Shown here: positions 59,806 through 64,000 of the stretch, piece by piece
Numbering within the stretch: the first letter of the stretch is position 1
How the letters are laid out: each line of letters begins with the position of its first letter
NCBI GenBank assembly: GCA_023129115.1
Contig: JAGMCR010000009.1
Location: 6,121 to 70,120, forward strand
Direction of reading: 5' to 3'
DNA: 64,000 nt
Source of the DNA: Candidatus Iainarchaeum sp.
Lineage (GTDB): Archaea > B1Sed10-29 > WALL01
The notes under the pieces: model-generated
Seen by the model: the letters and a program-made list of their open reading frames with translations, nothing else
Told to the model about the DNA's origin: nothing
The model's database searches: none
Program-made: the position numbers and the translations under genes

Positions 59806-60978
59806 ATGAATGAAAAAGTTCAGGGAATTATCCTGGATGTTCGGGAGAACGGCGACGCAGCTATTCGCAAGTATGCCAGGCAATTCGACGGCGTTGAGAT
59901 GGACTGTCTGGAGGTAACAAAAAAAGAAATCCGGGAAGCGTACGCCGCCTTAAGCGAGAAAGAATTGGCTGCGATAAAAAAAGCCGCGTCAAACATCAAG
60001 TGGTTTGCAGAGAAGCAGAAGCCAAAGGAGTGGATGGAAGAGAGGGAGGGGATGCTCCTCGGCCAGATAGTGAAGCCGCTTGACTCTGTGGGCGTGTACG
60101 TGCCCGGCGGGAATTATCCACTGCCGTCCTCGGCCCTCATGGGCGTGATACCGGCGAAGGTGGCTGGCGTAGGGGAAATTGTCGTGTGCTCTCCAAAGGC
60201 AAGGCCGGCGGTCCTGGTGGCGGCCGACATTGCCGGCGCTGACAGGATATTCAGGATAGGGGGAGTCCAGGCAATAGCTGCAATGGCGTATGGCACAGAA
60301 AGCGTTCCAAAGGTAAGCAAGATTGTTGGGCCTGGGAACGCCTACGTGACCGCAGCCAAAAAACTGTTGTTCGGCGAGGTCGGGATTGACATGCTCGCGG
60401 GGCCGACCGAGGTCATGATAATTGCCGACGAAAACGCGAACCCAAAGTACATCGCAGCCGACATGCTCGCGCAGATGGAGCACGACACGAATGCGGAAGC
60501 GATTCTGGTCACGACATCAAAGGAAGTTGCTGCAGAAGTGGAGAAGCAGCTCGAAAGGCAGCTGGAAACGCTTTCGACAAGCGGGATAGCGAGCGAGGCA
60601 AAAAAAGAGATAATCGTTGTTGGGAACCTGGGCGAGGCGTTTGAGCTGGCGAACGAGCGTGCGCCGGAGCACCTCGAGATAATGATTCCGGATGAGGGGC
60701 TGCTGGAAAAAGTGAGGAACGCTGGGGCAGTCTTCATCGGCGAGTACAGTGTGGAGGCTGGGGGCGATTACGCCACTGGCCCCAACCACGTTCTGCCGAC
60801 TGGCGGCTTTGCAAAAGCAAGGGCGGGCCTTTCGGTCATGGACTTCGTGAAAATGCCAAGCGTCCAGATTGTTTCCAAAGAAGGGCTGGAGAACTTGAGG
60901 GAAACCGTTGGGACACTGGCGGACATGGAGGGATTGGAGGCCCACAAAAAATCAGTGGAGGTGAGGTTCGATGGGTAA
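59806..60978 (+). CDS. hisD: Histidinol dehydrogenase
   Basis: ARQFDGV..., VYVPGG.YPLPSS, VGPGNAYVTAAK and QMEHD motifs. A GAGGTGA Shine-Dalgarno site lies 8 nt upstream. Confidence 0.9.
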   Translation: MNEKVQGIILDVRENGDAAIRKYARQFDGVEMDCLEVTKKEIREAYAALSEKELAAIKKAASNIKWFAEKQKPKEWMEEREGMLLGQIVKPLDSVGVYVPGGNYPLPSSALMGVIPAKVAGVGEIVVCSPKARPAVLVAADIAGADRIFRIGGVQAIAAMAYGTESVPKVSKIVGPGNAYVTAAKKLLFGEVGIDMLAGPTEVMIIADENANPKYIAADMLAQMEHDTNAEAILVTTSKEVAAEVEKQLERQLETLSTSGIASEAKKEIIVVGNLGEAFELANERAPEHLEIMIPDEGLLEKVRNAGAVFIGEYSVEAGGDYATGPNHVLPTGGFAKARAGLSVMDFVKMPSVQIVSKEGLENLRETVGTLADMEGLEAHKKSVEVRFDG

Positions 60979-62590
60979 GAAACCAAGAAAGTGCATTGAG
61001 GCGTTGAAGCCGTACGTATGCGCCAGAAGCCTTTTCAAAAAAGGCGTGATGATGGACGCAAACGAGAACTCGATAGGCTCAGCCGTAAGCAATGGGCTAA
61101 ACAGGTACCCGGACCCGGCATGCAGTGAACTGAAGAATGCTTTGTCGGAATACGTTGGTGTTCCCGCTGAAAACATATTTGTGGGGAACGGCTCGGACGA
61201 ATGCATTGACCTCTTGGTCAAGTGCTTTGTGGAGGCGGACGAGAACGTGGTGGTCCTCGAGCCGACGTATGCAATGTACCGGGTCGCCGCAGAGTCCTAT
61301 GGCGTTGAGTACCGGAGTTGTTTGCTTGACGAGGGCTTCCAGATAGACTTCGCGGAATTGGAAGGGATTGTTGACCGCAAGACCAAGCTGGTCTTCTGCT
61401 GTTCCCCGAACAACCCGACCGGCAATAGTTTGGAGAGTGTGCTTGAGGTGGCGAAGAGGCTTGACGCGATTGTCGTGGTGGACGAGGCATACGCCGAGTT
61501 CTCGGGAAAGGGCCTGGCCGCTGACGCCGTGGGCTATGACAACCTGGTTGTGCTCCGGACCTTTTCAAAGGCGTGGGGGCTTGCTGGCGCGAGGGTCGGC
61601 TACTTGGTTGCCGCCAAAAGGATTGTCGAGTGCCTGGACAAGGCCAAGCTCCCTTACAACGTCAGCGCTGTCTCGCAGCGGCTTGCGCTGGGCGCGCTCA
61701 AGAACAAAGGCAAAATGCTCGCGATGGTGGAAGAAATAACCAGGGAGCGGGAGAGGATGGCGCAGGAGATTCGCCGGATGGGGGGCGAGGCCTTTGCGTC
61801 AGAAGCGAACTTTGTTTTGTTCAGGTTTAACAAGAATGCCAGGCAGATACAGGAAAGGCTTGCACGCAAGGGCATCGTGATAAGGGACAGGTCAGGGCTG
61901 CCAAGAACAGGGAATTGCCTGAGGGTGACTGTCGGGGGAAAAAGTGAAAACGATGAGTTCCTGAAGCGGCTTGGGTTGGCTGTCGCCGATGCAGTCATCT
62001 TCGATATTGACGGCGTGCTTGTTGATGTGTCCAGCTCTTACAGGGAAGCAATCCTGCGGACAGTGGAGTGGTGGGGGGGACAGGCAACGAATGGCGACAT
62101 CAGCCGGCTCAAGGGCTTGGGATTCAATAACGATTGGGACGTCACGTATGCGCTCGCGAAAAAAACTACGGGCGTGGACCGGGGCGACCCGGATTACTCC
62201 CTGCTGAAGCAAAAGTTTCAGGAACTCTACCTCGGTGGGCTCATAGACAAAGAAAAAAAGATTGTCAAGCCGGAGATGCTGGACAGGTTAGTGGGTTATA
62301 GGCTTGGCATCGCCACCGGCAGGCCAAGAGCCGAGGCACTCTACTGCCTGAAGGGCTTCATCCCGAAATACTTCAGAGAGGGGTGTATAGTGGCGCTCGA
62401 GGACTGTGGGAAAGAAAAGCCGGACCCCACACCGCTGCTCAAGGCAAAGAAAGCACTGGGGTGCAAGGCGCCAGTGTATGTCGGGGACACTGCAAGTGAT
62501 GAGCTCGCGGCAAAGGCAGCGAACATGCCCTGCATCATTGTTGGCAGGGACATCGAGGACGTTAACGAATTACCGGAGGCAATGGGATGA
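60971..62590 (+). CDS. hisC: Histidinol-phosphate aminotransferase fused to a C-terminal HAD-family phosphatase domain (candidate histidinol-phosphatase)
   Basis: Residues 1 to about 345 are HisC (SPNNPTGN, PLP-Lys context RTFSKAWGLAGARVGY). Residues from about 350 to 539 carry HAD motifs: FDIDGVL (I), GIATGR (II), KPDP (III) and YVGDTASD (IV). Confidence 0.8.
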   Translation: MGKKPRKCIEALKPYVCARSLFKKGVMMDANENSIGSAVSNGLNRYPDPACSELKNALSEYVGVPAENIFVGNGSDECIDLLVKCFVEADENVVVLEPTYAMYRVAAESYGVEYRSCLLDEGFQIDFAELEGIVDRKTKLVFCCSPNNPTGNSLESVLEVAKRLDAIVVVDEAYAEFSGKGLAADAVGYDNLVVLRTFSKAWGLAGARVGYLVAAKRIVECLDKAKLPYNVSAVSQRLALGALKNKGKMLAMVEEITRERERMAQEIRRMGGEAFASEANFVLFRFNKNARQIQERLARKGIVIRDRSGLPRTGNCLRVTVGGKSENDEFLKRLGLAVADAVIFDIDGVLVDVSSSYREAILRTVEWWGGQATNGDISRLKGLGFNNDWDVTYALAKKTTGVDRGDPDYSLLKQKFQELYLGGLIDKEKKIVKPEMLDRLVGYRLGIATGRPRAEALYCLKGFIPKYFREGCIVALEDCGKEKPDPTPLLKAKKALGCKAPVYVGDTASDELAAKAANMPCIIVGRDIEDVNELPEAMG

Positions 62591-63162
62591 AAGTTGAAGT
62601 GGAAAGGAACACAACGGAAACGCAGGTTGAAGTAAAGCTGGACATCAATGGGACAGGAGAAAGGAGGATAGACACGGGCGTTGGGTTCCTGGACCACATG
62701 CTTGAGTTGTTCGCGAAGCAAGGGCTTTTTGACCTGGAGGTGAAGGCCACTGGGGACCTAAGGGTCGACGACCACCACACTGTCGAGGACGTCGGGATTG
62801 TGCTGGGCCAGGCGTTCAGGAAAGCGATTGGCGACAAGATAGGCATTGGGAGGTACGGCTACTTTGTCCTGCCAATGGACGAATCGCTTGCAATGTGCGC
62901 CATTGACCTTTGCGGGAGGGGCTCGCTTGTGTTCAACGCAGAATTCGAGAGGGAGCGGGTCGGCGACTTGAGCACTGAATTGGTCTATGACTTTTTCAAG
63001 GCGTTCGCGGACAACTGTGGCGCAAGCGTGCACGTGAAAGTGTTCTACGGGCGGAACGAGCACCACAAGATAGAGGCAATCTTCAAGGCGTTCGCAAAAG
63101 CGATGCGCATGGCCTGCGAAATTGAAGGCGGAGGGATTCCGAGCACGAAGGGGATGCTATGA
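62587..63162 (+). CDS. hisB: Imidazoleglycerol-phosphate dehydratase (monofunctional)
   Basis: RNTTETQVEV..., DDHHTVEDVGIVLG and RNEHHKIEA motifs. At 191 aa it has no phosphatase domain. Confidence 0.9.
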   Translation: MKVEVERNTTETQVEVKLDINGTGERRIDTGVGFLDHMLELFAKQGLFDLEVKATGDLRVDDHHTVEDVGIVLGQAFRKAIGDKIGIGRYGYFVLPMDESLAMCAIDLCGRGSLVFNAEFERERVGDLSTELVYDFFKAFADNCGASVHVKVFYGRNEHHKIEAIFKAFAKAMRMACEIEGGGIPSTKGML

Positions 63163-63749
63163 TTGCAATAGTTGACTATGGCATGGGAAACATTAGGAGT
63201 GTTGAAAAGGCTCTGCAGAAAGCCGGGGCAGAAGTAGTGGTAACCAGCGATGCCGAAGCAATTCGGGAGGCGGATGGCGTCGTGGTGCCGGGCGTGGGTG
63301 CGTTCGACAGCGCGATGAAGAGGCTGGGCCCGTTCAGGGAAGCAATCCTTGGCTCGATAGAAGACGGAAAGCCTTTCCTCGGCATTTGCCTCGGGATGCA
63401 GGTGCTGGTCGAAAAAAGCGAGGAGGGAAAGGAGCCCGGGCTGGGGGTTGTGAAAGGAAGGGTCGTGAGGTTCCGTGGCGTGAAGACGCCGCATGTTGGG
63501 TGGAACCAGCTGGAGATGGAGCCTGGCTGCCCGCTGTTCAAGGGGATTCCCCAGGAGAGCCGGGTTTACTTCGTGCACTCCTATTACGCGGTCCCGGGCG
63601 AGCAGGTGATTGCAAGCAAAACAGAGTACGGTACAATGTTCTGCTCGGCGATATGGAAAAAGAACGTGCTGGCGACGCAGTTCCACCCCGAAAAAAGCGG
63701 CGAAGCCGGGCTGAAGATGCTCAAGAACTTTGTGGAGTTGGTTGAATGA
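63159..63749 (+). CDS. hisH: Imidazole glycerol phosphate synthase, glutaminase subunit
   Basis: VDYGMGNIRSV, GICLGMQ and QFHPEKS motifs. Confidence 0.9.
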   Translation: MIAIVDYGMGNIRSVEKALQKAGAEVVVTSDAEAIREADGVVVPGVGAFDSAMKRLGPFREAILGSIEDGKPFLGICLGMQVLVEKSEEGKEPGLGVVKGRVVRFRGVKTPHVGWNQLEMEPGCPLFKGIPQESRVYFVHSYYAVPGEQVIASKTEYGTMFCSAIWKKNVLATQFHPEKSGEAGLKMLKNFVELVE

Positions 63750-64000
63750 AAGTGATTCCGGCAATAGACATCATGGACGGAAAAGCAGTGAGGCTTGTGC
63801 AGGGAGACCCAAACAAAAAGAGGGTTTACGGAGAGCCTGCAGAGGTAGCGGAAGCCTTTGCGGAATGCGTTGACTTGGTGCATGTGGTTGACCTTGACGG
63901 CGCGTTCGAGGGCAGGCCGGTGAACACGGGCACAATCAAGAAGCTGTCGGGAATCGTGCGCGTGCAGGTGGGCGGCGGAATACGCTCTGAAAAAGCATTG
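63746..64000 (+). CDS. hisA: ProFAR isomerase HisA (N-terminal part, runs off the window end)
   Basis: Own translation gives MKVIPAIDIMDGKAVRLVQGDPNKKRVYGEPAEVAEAF...VVDLDGAFEG. ATG 63746 overlaps the hisH TGA. It could alternatively be hisF, but the IPAIDI..G..VRL start favours hisA. Confidence 0.7.
   Translation, partial: MKVIPAIDIMDGKAVRLVQGDPNKKRVYGEPAEVAEAFAECVDLVHVVDLDGAFEGRPVNTGTIKKLSGIVRVQVGGGIRSEKAL

Overview
Archaeal chromosome segment with a GC-rich backbone and very tight gene packing. There are many ATGA/TAATG start-stop overlaps and several 21-41 nt tail-to-tail overlaps. A/T-rich TATA-like boxes sit about 25-30 nt upstream of most first-gene start codons, so most mRNAs look leaderless. 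I call about 80 protein genes and one tRNA.

The backbone is housekeeping:
- ftsZ (partial)
- an AMP-salvage pair (ribose-1,5-bisphosphate isomerase + AMP phosphorylase)
- a 4-subunit pyruvate-type 2-oxoacid:ferredoxin oxidoreductase
- ADP-forming acetyl-CoA synthetase
- the HMG-CoA synthase/thiolase/DUF35 trio
- the classic exosome-proteasome superoperon (Rpp30, Pop5, PsmA, SBDS, Rrp4, Rrp41, Rrp42, eL43, RpoP, Brix, Pcc1, prefoldin beta)
- eL15/uL16/Dph2, PdxS/PdxT, GatD and GatE, PPAT, UMP kinase, aRF1, TruD
- a large sequon-rich surface (S-layer candidate) gene
- an AmmeMemoRadiSam-type radical SAM enzyme
- tRNA-His followed by the start of a his operon (hisD, hisC-HAD fusion, hisB, hisH, hisA)

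I saw no rRNA, no CRISPR array and no recognisable transposase or integrase.

The unusual content is threefold:
1. A family of short G-run/C-run hairpin mini-elements: five intergenic copies plus one embedded in an ORF. Their flanks are conserved and their stems covary.
2. Five visibly AT-richer one- or two-gene cassettes: two hypothetical proteins, a wHTH pair, a wHTH-LAGLIDADG endonuclease-like gene and an MNT/HEPN pair. All are inserted exactly at gene boundaries.
3. Nearly every one of these insertions is bracketed by a duplicated, sometimes diverged, copy of a host gene end. In the clearest case, the radical SAM gene, the displaced duplicate tail differs mainly at synonymous codon positions. 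That suggests an allelic tail swap rather than a simple target-site duplication.

All repeat and alignment statements were made by eye. They need a dot plot or self-BLAST with shuffled controls.
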